Translations under genes and position numbers: made by a program
Shown: positions 38,503-50,364 of the stretch, in pieces
Layout: every line of letters starts with the position of its first letter
Position numbering within the stretch: the first letter of the stretch is position 1
Source: Euglena gracilis
Taxonomy: Eukaryota
Reading direction: 5' to 3'
Length of the DNA stretch: 64,000 bases
NCBI GenBank assembly: GCA_039621445.1
Contig: CP154954.1
Span: forward strand, 22,084,954 to 22,148,953
The notes under the pieces: model-generated
Seen by the model: only the letters and a program-made list of their open reading frames with translations
What the model was told of the DNA's origin: nothing
The model's database searches: none

Positions 38503-39930
38503 TGTGAGTGCTCCAGGTGCATTTTTATAGTCACCATGAAATCACAGGCTGAAGCCTAATTCAAACAGGCAGATCCTAGTTCACAGAGAAAATGATGGTG
38601 CTGTCTGTAGGTGGCTGTCAACATACACTGTTCACTCTGTTGTCTGGGATTACTTTTCTGAGATTTGATTTGTTTGATTTTGTTTGTGGCACAAGTTTAT
38701 TTCAAGTTTGGTCATTACTGCTGGAAGTGGGATTTTGGGATGTCAAGTCAAGGAAGGGGCTCCAGAATTCAGGTCCGTGGTAGGGGGACCTCGGACTTTC
38801 ATATGTGAATTAGGCTTCGCTCTTCCTAATTTTGGCTGTGACCGGCTAAGTCGGCCACCTCTGTGCCAGACGGGCCGCCAACACTCCCCTCCCAGGCCGC
38901 TTGCGCCCTGCCTTTGGCAATTTTTGCGGCCCGTTTTTGGTAATTTTTGGTGGTCATGTCTCAAAATCATGGCACTTTTTCCCCAAAATTGTGCAGCATT
39001 GTTGTCGACTCGTGGTCAGAAATGGAACAAACACAAAGGAATTAAATCGAAGACCTTGGTTCCACACCACAATTAGATGGAAATGGTAAAGGTCACCCTG
39101 GGGTGCATCCTCTTTCCCCATGAGCCTCAACTGGGGCTCACAGTGAGCTTATCCAGGGGCATCACACTGGGAGCCATCCAGGGGCATCACACTGGGAGCC
39201 ACTGCCAGTGCAAAACCTTTGGCATCACCACAACCTCCAAGCCTCAACTCCAACCAGAAAGGAGGGGCATTGAAGGGGGAGCCATCACCAGAAATTCTGC
39301 ATTACATCCCAACCCTGCAAGCCTCAACTCAAATTCATAAAATGAGGTGCATTGAGGGGGGAGCAATCACCAAACAAAACTGTAAATTGTGGTGAACCTG
39401 ATGCCGAACCAGGTACCAGTGGTGCATCGCATGGTTGGCTCAAAATAAAACAAATGTTCAGTGAATGTTGCTGGACTGCTGCAAGGATCAACCACAGCCA
39501 ACATAAAACTTAAACCTCTTCAACTTCAACAGCTGGATCCAGCATATCCTTTCCAGCTGAGGCATCTGCCACATCTGGCTTCCAAAATCTTCAAAATCTT
39601 CCCACATCATGGACCAAATCTGCCAAAATCTGCCAAATTTGCTTGCATCACAATCTGAAATGTCTTCTTTCGATGAACCATTCACTGATACTTGTCCTCC
39701 ATGCCTTGGCAAACCATGAATACCTTGAGTTCTCTGAGTGTCGCTTTTCACTGAAATCCTTCAAAATCCCAGATTTGACCTTCAAAATACCAAACTTCTG
39801 AAATTCTTCCTCCGGAACTTGCACCAGTAAAAACCAACCAGAGGCATCAAATCAAAGTCTTCCAAGGCGAATGAGGCAAGGTATTCAGCTTTGTTGCCAC
39901 CTACAAAGATAGGAGGCATTTTTGCTGTGT
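38503..39930. repeat. Second copies of two blocks found at 24784-25304, in swapped order
   Basis: 24986-25304 resembles 38503-38801; 24784-24985 resembles 39727-39927. Confidence 0.85.
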
Positions 39931-40437
39931 GAATTAGGCTTCGCCTAACCGCACCCAAAAAGCCAAACCCCAATCTACATATCGCCATAACCCTGGAAAA
40001 ACTCAAAAAACCACACCCCCCGGGACATAGAAGAGATCACGCAGGTGGTTGCCAAAAATCGGCGGACCGAAATGCCCGGAACCTGAAAATACGGAGAAGG
40101 TCCCCTCCCCCGGCTTTCCCCGGTTTTCCAATGCACAAAGCCAATACACGAGGATCTCGACGTCGTCATCACCCAGGTCCGACCACGTGCGACCTGGTGC
40201 GGAGGGTGAGGGGGGAGGTACAACACCGAAGCATCCATTGCCGGTGAGTGGGCCGGACAACACGAAAGTACAAGGAACCTCTCGTGTAGCAATGGCTCAC
40301 AAAGGCCCATCAACCACATCATTTACTGGCAGACGAGCTTGGGGGGGGGCGATTCTTTGCCCAAATTGCTCTCCCTCGTGCGGGAAAAGGAAAACCATCG
40401 AGACGTCCTGAACTATGTCAACGTCGAGCAAAACCCT

Positions 40438-42290
40438 TGTGGGCGCTGGGAAAGCGATTAAGATTCCAGCAGAGGGAATTAGGAATTACACAAAATTCTG
40501 TCTGTTTTTGTGTTTACAGTGGCAAGCAGCATGTTCAGTTTGACTTTGGTTGTTCAGTTCTGTGAAGTATTGTGATTTGTGCCAGCGCTGGGAATTGGGA
40601 GGTGGGATTACAATGAAAAGTTACAAGGAAAGTCCCAGGTGGGTGCCAGGCCCCCTGGGTTAATTGATGGATCCCAGCCAATGGCAGGGCCTGCAGGCGC
40701 CAGGGGCCAGCCGCCAGGGGGTTGTGGGAGTGGTGAGGCCCACACCCCCTACACAAACTGAACACTGCCAGTCAAACAACATGCCTACCAGCCACGTGGC
40801 GGCTGTCCGCCATGCCGGGATCAGGCATGGCATGTGCCTGCAGGAGATCATCAAGAAGGCGTGGACTGAAGGAGTGAACATCAACCTGCTGGAGTATTAT
40901 TCAAGTTTTGATGCAGAGTGTGGCTGTTCGTGGTGTGCCAGTCGTGCAGCAGCTGCTGCTGCTGGCAGGCTCAGGGCCCATGGCAGGGGGGCCTCTGATG
41001 CCAGGCTGGTGGATGCTGTGGAAGGACATGTCAGAGACGGGAATGCCAAGGATGGAAATGCCAGAGATGCGAAGGCCAAGGATGGAAATGCCAGAGACGG
41101 GAATGCCAAGGATGGAAATGACAGAGATGGACATTCCAGACCTGCGGATGGGCGATATGGACATTCCAGACATGGAGATGGTCGAGATAGACATTCCAGA
41201 CATGGAGATGGTCGAGAAGGACATTCGGGAGATGGTGATGACGGAAGTTGGCATTGGGCCCCAGTGGGGCATGGCGAGGGCGGAGGCTCGCCGGAGAAGT
41301 CAAGAGGAAGGAGAAGGAAGGAGCGCCGACAGAAGGCGAAGGAGGCCTTGAGGGGCTGAGGCCGAAGCCCTGCCTGGGATGGTGTGGGCTGGGTCCCCCT
41401 CCCGCGTGCCCTGGGCCGAAGCCCTCACCAGCTGTGGCCGAAGCCCGCCGGGATGGTGTGGGCTGGGTCCCCCTCCCGTATGCCTGGGCCGAAGCCCTCA
41501 GGCGTTGTGGCCGAAGCCCGCCGGGACGGCGTGGGCTGGGCCCCCCTCCCAGGCCTGTGGCCGAAGCCCTCCCCGCGGTAACCCCCTCCCGCTGCACCTG
41601 CGAGCCCCCTCCCCAGGACCCCCACCAGCCCCTGGACCCCCATCTCTGGACGGGCAAAAAAGAGGGGGAAAACGAGGGAAAAAAAATTCCTGAGATGACG
41701 GTCCAAGGGGTATCTTTGGGCTGTTCTGGGGGGGAACCCCCGCCAGAACGGCCCAAGGCGGTGCGGGTGCCTGCTGCTCCCCCCTGCTGCTGTAGGAGAC
41801 CGACCCCCCTAAGGGTCGGCCTTCGACCCCCGCCCCGCCCCACAGAGAAAAAAAATAAAACAGACAGACAGAAAGAAAGATTCAAGATTGTGTTCGTGAA
41901 CGAAAAAAAAAACTCCCAGCGCCTTTTTGCCGAAGGCAGGTTTAGCTGCCCGGGGCAGCTTTTTAAGGAGGGGATTGTGGGCGCTGGGAAAGAGATTAAG
42001 ATTCCAGCAGAGGAATTAGGAATTACACAAAATTCTGTCTGTGTTTGTGTTTACAGTGGCAAGCAGCGTGTTCAGTTTGACTTTGGTTGTTCAGTTCTGG
42101 GAAGTATTGTGATTTGTGCCAGCGCTGGGAATTGGGAAGTGGGATTACAATGAAAAGTTACAAGGAAAGTCCCAGGTGGGTGCCAGGCCCCCTGGGTGAA
42201 TTGATGGATCCTAGCTAATGGCAGGGCCTGCAGGCGCCAGGGGCCAGCCGCCAGGGGGTTGTGGGAGTGGTGAGGCCCACACCCCCTACA
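40438..42290 (+). mobile_element. Non-autonomous LTR element (TRIM-like) with ~315-bp LTRs at 40438-40753 and 41976-42290
   Basis: Both repeats read TGT...TACA; CCCT TSD on both sides; purine tract aaggagggga before the second repeat; no pol motifs. Confidence 0.85.
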
Positions 42291-43156
42291 CCCTGGGCCA
42301 TTTCCACGGGGCCACTGGGCCATCCGCCACTCCTCATGCCGGATCAGGGATGGGAAGAACTCTATTGGAACGGCCAACGCTGGAGGTGGGCACGGGTCCA
42401 CCAACCGGAAGTAGAAGGCCCATCGTCTGCCTCGACCAAAGATCCTCGTCATGCGCGGAGAGAGTACGCCAAGTGCCTATTGTGTGGCGAATTTTTCAGC
42501 TTGGACTCCCTGGCGGCCCTGAAATCGCTCCAATGCCACTTGGGCAAAGAAGTGGGGTATATCTTCTCCATCCATCAGTGAGGAGTTTTCCCCTCTTGCC
42601 GGTTCGGTGACTGTGCGCGGAATGGGCTCCCCGGCAAGCCGAGTGGGGGAAAACAGTCACCCACCGTGTACTGAATGACATTTACTCTTTCAAAAAAAAA
42701 CAGGGAACAGGCCTCTCCCGCCCCTCACCCCTCCTCTCTCACCGCGGCCGACCAAACCACGTGGGCTACCTGCCGGTGACCCTAGCTCCGCCACGCCCCC
42801 TTAGCTCCCCCGCGCACACTATATTGAAGATGGGCCTTGCCCACTTTCCTCCCGCCTTGCCCTGTGTCAGTTGTAAAATACCATAACCTGCAGGGGACCA
42901 TCAAATCCAGTAGAATGCGCCACTGGTTGGTGGATTCGGTTCGCGCCACCACCGTTTCTAATCTTGGCGGTATTACAGGGAACAAGCCCGACACAGCTCC
43001 ACCGGCGTACACCACACCGCCTCACCCTGCCACCACCCGGAACAGGGAACACACCGGCACAGGGCAGGCCCGACACAGCTCCACCGGCGTACACCACACC
43101 GACTCACCCTGCCATCACCCCCCACGCCACACACGCACCAAGTGGCGACAAACCAA

Positions 43157-44860
43157 ACCGTGCCCCGGGCCCAAGGAAACGTCTCTTTTGGCCCTCGCCA
43201 CAAGAAGAACCTCCTTGTGACTCCCTGTGCCGCCACAGGTCGCGGGGTGCTTATACTGTGGGTGTAATGTACAAAAGATTGCTGAGTGATACTTGTTCAG
43301 GGTGCGGAGGTTAGTGGTTAAAGGAAGATGAGCAAATGTCACCTTCAATATATATTGGGCGGGGTGGGGGGCGTTTGTACCTCTTTTGCCACAGGATGGC
43401 GTGTTTATGTCAGGTTTTTGGTTTTTGTGTGCTTTGCTTCCTTCCGCGTCTTTGTGACCCATTGATTTGTCTTTGGCTCGGCGTGTGGCTCTGCCCAAGG
43501 GGTAACTAGGGGTAACTGAGCTGTGTCTTCTTTGCTCATTTTGTAATCTCTGACCTTGGGGTGCAAACATAGCAGGTGAGAGTTTGTGCTCAAAGGTCTT
43601 CAGACAGAATATGCTGAGTGGGCGGAAGACAGGGTGATCGTCTTTTTCATCTCATCTTTGGAAGAATACAAGCTCCAAACGAGCTGCCTGCTGATTTCTC
43701 TGATTAGTGTGAAGGACAGGCCTTGCCAAATGTCTGCTTCTGCGGCCGGCCGTTGCCACCCTTCCCGCTGCCCCAGAAGGGCCTTGAGGAGGGTGGCCGT
43801 CAAGGAGCGCGCTTCTTGTCCCATGCCCCCGTAGCAATCCATGACAAATGGCATCAACCGCCAGCCCAGTCGTTGGCATGTTGCATCATATTTGGCATGC
43901 TTTTCAGCCTCCTGACGTGTTTGCCATTGTGAAAGGCTCTCTGCACTCCGCAGTGGATGACTTTGTGCAAGGGTGTGGCGGATTGTCACATCCACTGCAA
44001 CGGTCCAAGCGAGGAATGAAGATGTCTCCGGGCCGGGAACGGTCATCAGCTCATTGGCTTGCAAAGCGTATAGCAGGTCCATTCAATGTGTCCCAAAGTG
44101 TTTTCTGGCGGGCAAGCATGCTCTGCTGATTCCACCAACGTTGTGAATTGTGTGGAGACTGTGCCTGAGGGATCAAGTTTTTGTCACTGGCCCATTGTGG
44201 TAGTGGGGCCATTTGACCAAGTTCGTTGAGGGCTGTCCCTAAACAATCGTCGGCGTTCTTGGGAAGGATGTCCATGGCAGCGGGCAGGCCCAACACAGAG
44301 GGAGCTCTAAAGTCCACCACTTGAGACAATCTGGCAGGCACACGTTGAAATAGTGGATCGGAGATTCCCAGTCCACCCCATCTGATGGCCATGGAAACTT
44401 GCAACCATTCTTCTGGGGTGCAAGGGGGGCCGAGCATGCCACTGAATGTTTCCCGAATAATTCCTGACAATGTCTTACATGCCGCTCTTGCAGAAGTGAT
44501 TTTGCAGGCGCGCAAGAGGTCATTCACTTTGCAAGAGGATAAACAAAAACGAAGCAAGGTGAATTGCACATGCGATTGAGGTAGGTGCTGAAGTATTGTG
44601 CAAGAACGTCAGATGTCTTCAATGCGCTTACTCCAAACTTCTTCACAGAAGCGGTCATCTTGGGTGTGGTGAACAGGGACCCCCAAATCTTTCAAACCAG
44701 AACCAGCAACAAAGGCAGTCAGTGGTATTTGATGTAAGGGGCTGTCCTGTGGCGTGCCAGGGAGAATGCAAGGGGCACCTTCTGTTGATGTGAACGCTGG
44801 TCCCCACGATCGACATTTTGCGGGGCTCGCGGCCAACCCAAGCGTGGCAGCCTCGCTTGT
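43157..44860 (-). mobile_element. 5'-truncated, decayed CRE-like non-LTR retrotransposon (RT end, endonuclease, 3' UTR)
   Basis: LLRFCLSSCKVNDLLR, RWGGLGI, VDVTIRH, EAEKHAKY, PFVMDCYGG. Confidence 0.8.
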
Positions 44861-44923
44861 TCTTTTCCCTGTGCTGGTGTGAGAGGAAGACACATTCACG
44901 GCGGGTAGCACAGCTTCACCCAG

Positions 44924-47896
44924 ACCGTGCCCCGGGCCCAGGGAGACGTCTTTTTTGGCCCTCGCCACAAGGAGAAACTCCTCATGACTCCCTGTGCAGC
45001 CACAGGTCGCCGGTAGATACTATGGGTGTAAAGTACAAAACGTTGTATGGAGTGCCGTGCATGTCCCGCGGTCAGTGGTTAGAGGAAAATGGGAAAGTCC
45101 CATCTTCAATATATACGGCGGGGAGAGAGGGGTGTGTGTGTGCTTTGCTTGCCACTGTTGGCGTGTTTGAGTCATTTGCTGATTTTTCTTGGTGTTTTTG
45201 GTTTCAGAGCCGTCCGAGTGTGGCAGGTAAGAAAGATGGCCCCATGGCCATTGTTCTGTGTGGGCCACCGAAGGTGGTAGAGGTGATAGAGGTGGCAAGC
45301 GCACTGGATGAAGTCACACTCAGAAATACGGGGAATGCGTACCAGCGCTACTGCAATCAAGCAGTTGCTCAGGACACTGTCCCCATGCCAGTTGTCGTGC
45401 CAGCTCGCGCATCAAAGCCATTCCAAGCCCCTGCCATGCACTGGCCTCCACACCCCGCCACTCCCAGCCGTTATGTTGGCTTGTTTGGAGGCGGATGCAT
45501 GTGGAGGCGAATCCTTGGCCTGCTTCACTCATGCCACCGTGGCAGTCCATCACCAGTGGGATAAATGTCCAAACTCGTCGCTTGCAAGGCTCCCCATATT
45601 TGACGATTTTGTCTTCTTCCTGTCGATTGTGCCAATTGTCCACCGGAGCTGGAGGTGACCTAGAAGGTGCAAGTGGGTGCCTCACTGTGACATCAATGGC
45701 TGCGGGACCATTTGCGTCGAATCGAGTGATAAAATCATCACCCGGTCGTGTTCCATCCTCAGCTTTTTCTTCTCGACGTGCAGGAAAGCCAGCTCGTTGT
45801 GCCAGATTCAAGACAAAGCTTTGCACTGCCCCGTGCCGCCGAAAGAGGTTGTTACGGTGGCAGCAGACGAGGTGGTGGCCGGCTGTGTCAAGTGGGCTCA
45901 TGCATCGAGGACATCCAGGAGAGTTGCTTTCTTCTGTTTTTACCACAGGAGCGCCAAGCGTCCATTGGAGGAGGGCAACAAACTCTTTTGTGGGAACAAG
46001 GGTTTTTGTGCCAGCAGAGGGGACTGCACATGTCCAGGCCATGGCATGAGGCCTTGTTTGGCAGGAAAATCGAACGGCATCGGATCCGGACAGGGACTTT
46101 TCCAGTTTCTTTTGGCGCAGAATTGAGCAGACGTTTCTGTGACACCATTTCTCGTGGTAATTGGGTGGCACGGGTGCAGTAATCTGTTAAGCCTGCATGG
46201 GCTGACCTTCAAATCTTCAAATCCGGTGGATTCATATTGCGGATTACAAAGTCTGGCAGCCCCAGCATCGTTTCAGCCCTTTGGAGAAAGTCCAGTTGGG
46301 CTGACCACCGTGCAGCGAGTCGGCATTCCTGCGGATCCTTGATTCCTAGTCCCCCCAAACGGGGTGGCAAGGTGGCCTGTGACCATTGGTTGTCATCAAC
46401 TGGTGCTGTCATGATGCAACTCAGTGTGTTTCGTAAACAGTGGCTCAGCAACAAGCATTGATCCCCAGCAAGAGGCAGTGGAGTTCCCCTTAATAAGTCA
46501 TTGACGCGACACGCATCCAAACACTGTCGCAAAAGGGTGTACTGGACATGGGCACTTGGCACAAGCTGTAGGAGATTGCATGCCTTCAGAACCATTTCAA
46601 CTCGTGGAGCCCAGACAGTGGAGGCGAACCCCCCCCTTGCTGGGTGGCAGACTGGCGGTCCAAGGACCTTGAGGCCACTTGCTTCAGAATATGACTGCAC
46701 TGGGATTTGTTGGGGCGGGGTTGTGTTGGCTGGGAGGCTGGACCATTCCATTCCAAAGGCAGGTCCCCACAACCGACACTTGCACCTATTCAGGGAAACC
46801 CCAATGAGGGGTCCTTCACACAGAATGTATCGGACTGCTGTTTCCAGTTGTTCTGGGGTGCCCACGAGATGGGCATCGTCCAAGTACCATGCTTGCCATC
46901 CGACCAGCTCACCCACTTTTTCAACCAGATTTTGAACTGCAATTGCGAACGCCGCAGGACCGCATGGGTCACCTTGTTGCACACCACTTTTGCTGCGGAA
47001 GGAGGTTGAACCGCAGTACAAAGTGGAATGCTCACTGTAGCAGCTCTCCATCCATGCTGTCATCTCAGGGCAGCGTTCTCGAACAGCGTCCAACATACCT
47101 TCACAGCGCAGGCAGTTGAAAGCATTTGCAAAGTCCAATTGCAGCACACCCCAATCTTGAGCACCTGTGTGATGGAGACAGCCAACAAGCTGCTGAAGCC
47201 CAATGGCGACAATGGAACAAGGATCAGAATGGCCAACACCGAACTGTCCAGGTAGATTGTTGCAAACTGCTGTTCTCACCACTTCCGGTCTCATGATCAC
47301 TTTTCCCACCAGACGACGCAGGCACTCGCCCGCTGCTATGGGCCTGGTTCCCTCTTCTTCTGGAGTAGGTGGGCATTGGTTGCCAAAATCATCGGTGTTT
47401 TTGGCTGCCCTCACTTTCCGCAAGGCTGTCAGTCTGACTGCTGCCATGATTGCGGCAGGTCCTTTTGGCAAACCATTGTCAATGGTGCGGTAACAGAAGG
47501 CCGTGAGTTCGTCCAAAAGGTCATCTGCATGGCGTCCTGCATCATGACCCAGCAAACACCGAAGGTGGTCGGGCATCAAGCCAGAGGGGCCTGGGGAGGA
47601 TTCTGGGCCAAAGCTGAAGACTGCCTATAGCATTATGGTCCAACGTTGTTGCATGTCTTCCTCGGAAGTGGCAGCTGGTAGCGAACGTCTCATGGTCGCC
47701 GGGCCAAGTCCAGGAGGTGGTTCATGTGGATGTAATTGCCGGAGGCGTTCGCGTACCAAAGGGTTGTCGGGATCTTGAACGCCATCCGAAGTGAACAAAT
47801 TGCAGGCTTTGGATACTGCACCCCTGCCGACCAGTCGTTCCAGTCTGGAGACAAATTCTTCTTTTGTTACACAATGGCTTTCGATGATTCTTTTTG
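44924..47896 (-). mobile_element. 5'-truncated CRE-like non-LTR retrotransposon with RT and restriction-like endonuclease
   Basis: RPIAAGECLRRLVGK, DFANAFN, GVQQGDPCGP, WYLDD; CPRC...HHLVCC, RH, RPGD, IDVTV, EEDKIVKY, PLVMDCHGG; stop at 45320. Confidence 0.9.
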
Positions 47897-50000
47897 CACC
47901 ACCGTTGGGAAGTGTCGCTGCCGGATGCGCTCGCGAAGGCAGCAGGGTTTGTCAGGCGGCTGCTTTCCGGGTGACGGGCCCCAAGCGTTGAGCACAGATC
48001 GTGGGCGGCTTGCTGGCACATGCGATCGTCCGGCGCGGCGGCATAGTCGGGGCACGCAACTTTCTTATGACCGTGCGTATGAAATTGGCACAGCGCTGCG
48101 GCACGCGCTGCTCCTTGATGGAATGCTGGGATTCGGAGGCCACAGCCACCCAGGGAGAGCGGTAGCGCCGCTTGGAGCCGCTGGTCCGAACCCAGGGCCT
48201 GCCCCAAGATGTCCTCGAAGGCACCGAAGATGATTTCGCCGCAGCGAGTGACTTCACGCTGCGCTTGGTAGGAGTCCGAGGCGCGCAGGAGGTGGTTCAC
48301 ACGGCAGCCGTCCAGGCAGTACCGCAAGAGGTGGTGTGCCAGCTGAGGATCGGCGACATAGGTAACGAGGTCCGCAGCTTGCTCAATCCTCTCCGTTGCT
48401 TCAGCCCAGGTGGCGCTGGTGTGGTCCGTGGAGGCGGGGAAGTCGACTGGGCTGCCTAGGACCGTGATTCCTGACCCCTCACACCAGGGTACTGTTCGCA
48501 ACTGCTCCCGGTCGGGGAGGCCGCCCGAGGCCGGCCCCCAGAGGACGCACTTTGCCAGGTTCAGCTGCACCCCTGTGCGTGTACTCTCGCTGCGTAGGAA
48601 GTCGAGGCACTTTTGAAGGACCGGTGGCTCCCCAACAAGGATGCCGTCGTCCAGGTACCAGCAAGACCACAACAGTTCCGCTTGGGTGCTGATAGCTTCA
48701 GCAATGGATTGGAGACCCACCGCGAAGCCAATCGGTCCAAGGGGGCAGCCTTGGTGCGTGCCTCTGGTGGATGGCAAAACGCGGCCGTCGCTGAAGAGGG
48801 GAGCTGGTTGACCGTACGCAAACCGCAAGTAATTGAAGAGCGCGGGTGTGCGTGCTTCGGCCTCCCGCAGCGAGACCCCCCTGTCTAGGGAGTTGAAGGC
48901 GTTAGCCAGGTCCACTTGAAGGACCGCCCAATTCCCTTGGGGGCTCAGCTTCCTGATCAGGTTCTGGGTTGCCAGGGCGACGGCCTCAGCTGCATTGGAG
49001 ACCCCCACACCTACCTGCAGCGGGCTCAGCTTGCCAACCTGATCCTTGGCGGCCCCAGTGTGCAGTAGCGCCTTGCCCACAAGGCGGCGAATGGTGTCGC
49101 CCACGGCGATCGGACGTACGCCGTCACCCTTCTTCCGCAAGGGCGTAAGGTTGGCGGCGCACCACCAGGGCGCCTGCTCCGTGGGGAGTAAGCCGTCCAC
49201 CCAGGAGAGTTTCCCCAGTGCCGTGAGCAATCTGGCTCCATGGCCTGGTCTGCGGACCGCGTCTTGGAGGTGGCATGGACGTGACCCCGATGGGCCAGGC
49301 GATGAGGTCCGAGGGAACCTCAGGATGGCTTCCCGCAGGAGCTATTCCCACCGAACTTCCTGGCCGTCAGGAAAAGGGGGTAGTCTTCGTGAGATGGTTC
49401 AGGGTGCAGCGCCTCCAGTTTGGCCCAGACAGCCGGGTCGCTGGAGCGGTGTGTCCCTTCGGACAGGAGGACTTGAAGGGCCTTCGCTGGGGCCCCTTCG
49501 CCAACCAGTGTCCGTGCCTGCCGAAGCGTAGCGTCTGGGATGGCAGCTGGCTCGGTGCGAGCCTTTTTCGCCGCGCGGGTCTCTACGGCTACCGGTGGCA
49601 GTTTGGTAGAGTTCTGCAGGTCACTCCAAAGGGTGGTGTAATCCCATTGCCTGAACAGTTTGACCCGCCGCGTGATCGCAGAGGAAATGTCTTCCGGCGC
49701 TTCTCTCCCCCCGCTGGGGACGGTTCGTAGGACCAATTTGGGGAAAGCCAACACTGCGAACAGGGTGTCCGCCGTTGGCCTTCCGACATATTCCAGCAAG
49801 ACGTCGGACAGGGTCTCAGATGCATCCCGTTGGTTCGCAGCCGGCACGTGGAGCACTGTTTTCACGGCTTAACAGGATGTCTTGTATAGCGACCGGCGCT
49901 GGGGGCACATGATGCGCGGCAGAACGACGTGCCGCAGGTCATTGTTGTTGCCGCTGGGGTCGATGATCATGGTGGCCTGGGTGTCGTCCGCAGGGTGAGC
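47897..50000 (-). mobile_element. GC-rich CRE-like non-LTR retrotransposon RT region lacking its endonuclease and 3' end; 5' boundary approximate
   Basis: GVRPIAVGDTIRRLVGK, DLANAFN, GTHQGCPLGP, WYLDDG, LGGCGL; ends at SQRW. Confidence 0.88.
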
Positions 50001-50069
50001 GAGGTCAGTGGTGTTTTCTGGTGCGATGAATTAGCGGAATGAATTAGGATCGACGCAGTTTGAGCAGAA

Positions 50070-50364
50070 ATGGTGTGGGCGTCCTGTGTTTTCCATACGC
50101 CTACCAATATTTTGACTTTCAGCCTGGTAAACCAAGGACAATTTCCAAGAGGTCTGATAAATACAACGGCCAAATCGGAAAGAAAGTTCACCCAGAGGAT
50201 AAGAAAAAGGCTGATAAGGTCGCTGTTGGTCCTGTTGTCCTTGGCGTCCTCCTTTTTGTTGTACTTGGTTCAGGTTCAATTCCGTCCTGTGATCATGTTG
50301 TCTTCGTATTTCTTCAGCACTCCTTCAAATCATTCAGAATGCGAGGACTGCTTCCTTTGCATAG
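50070..50364 (+). CDS. SERP1: RAMP4/SERP1 ER membrane protein, 66 aa, 3 exons (50070-50072, 50123-50273, 50318-50364)
   Basis: GT-AG introns of 50 and 44 nt join in frame to MPGKPRTISKRSDKYNGQIGKKVHPEDKKKADKVAVGPVVLGVLLFVVLGSALLQIIQNARTASFA*; VGPxxLGxxxFVVxGS is the family signature. Confidence 0.92.
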
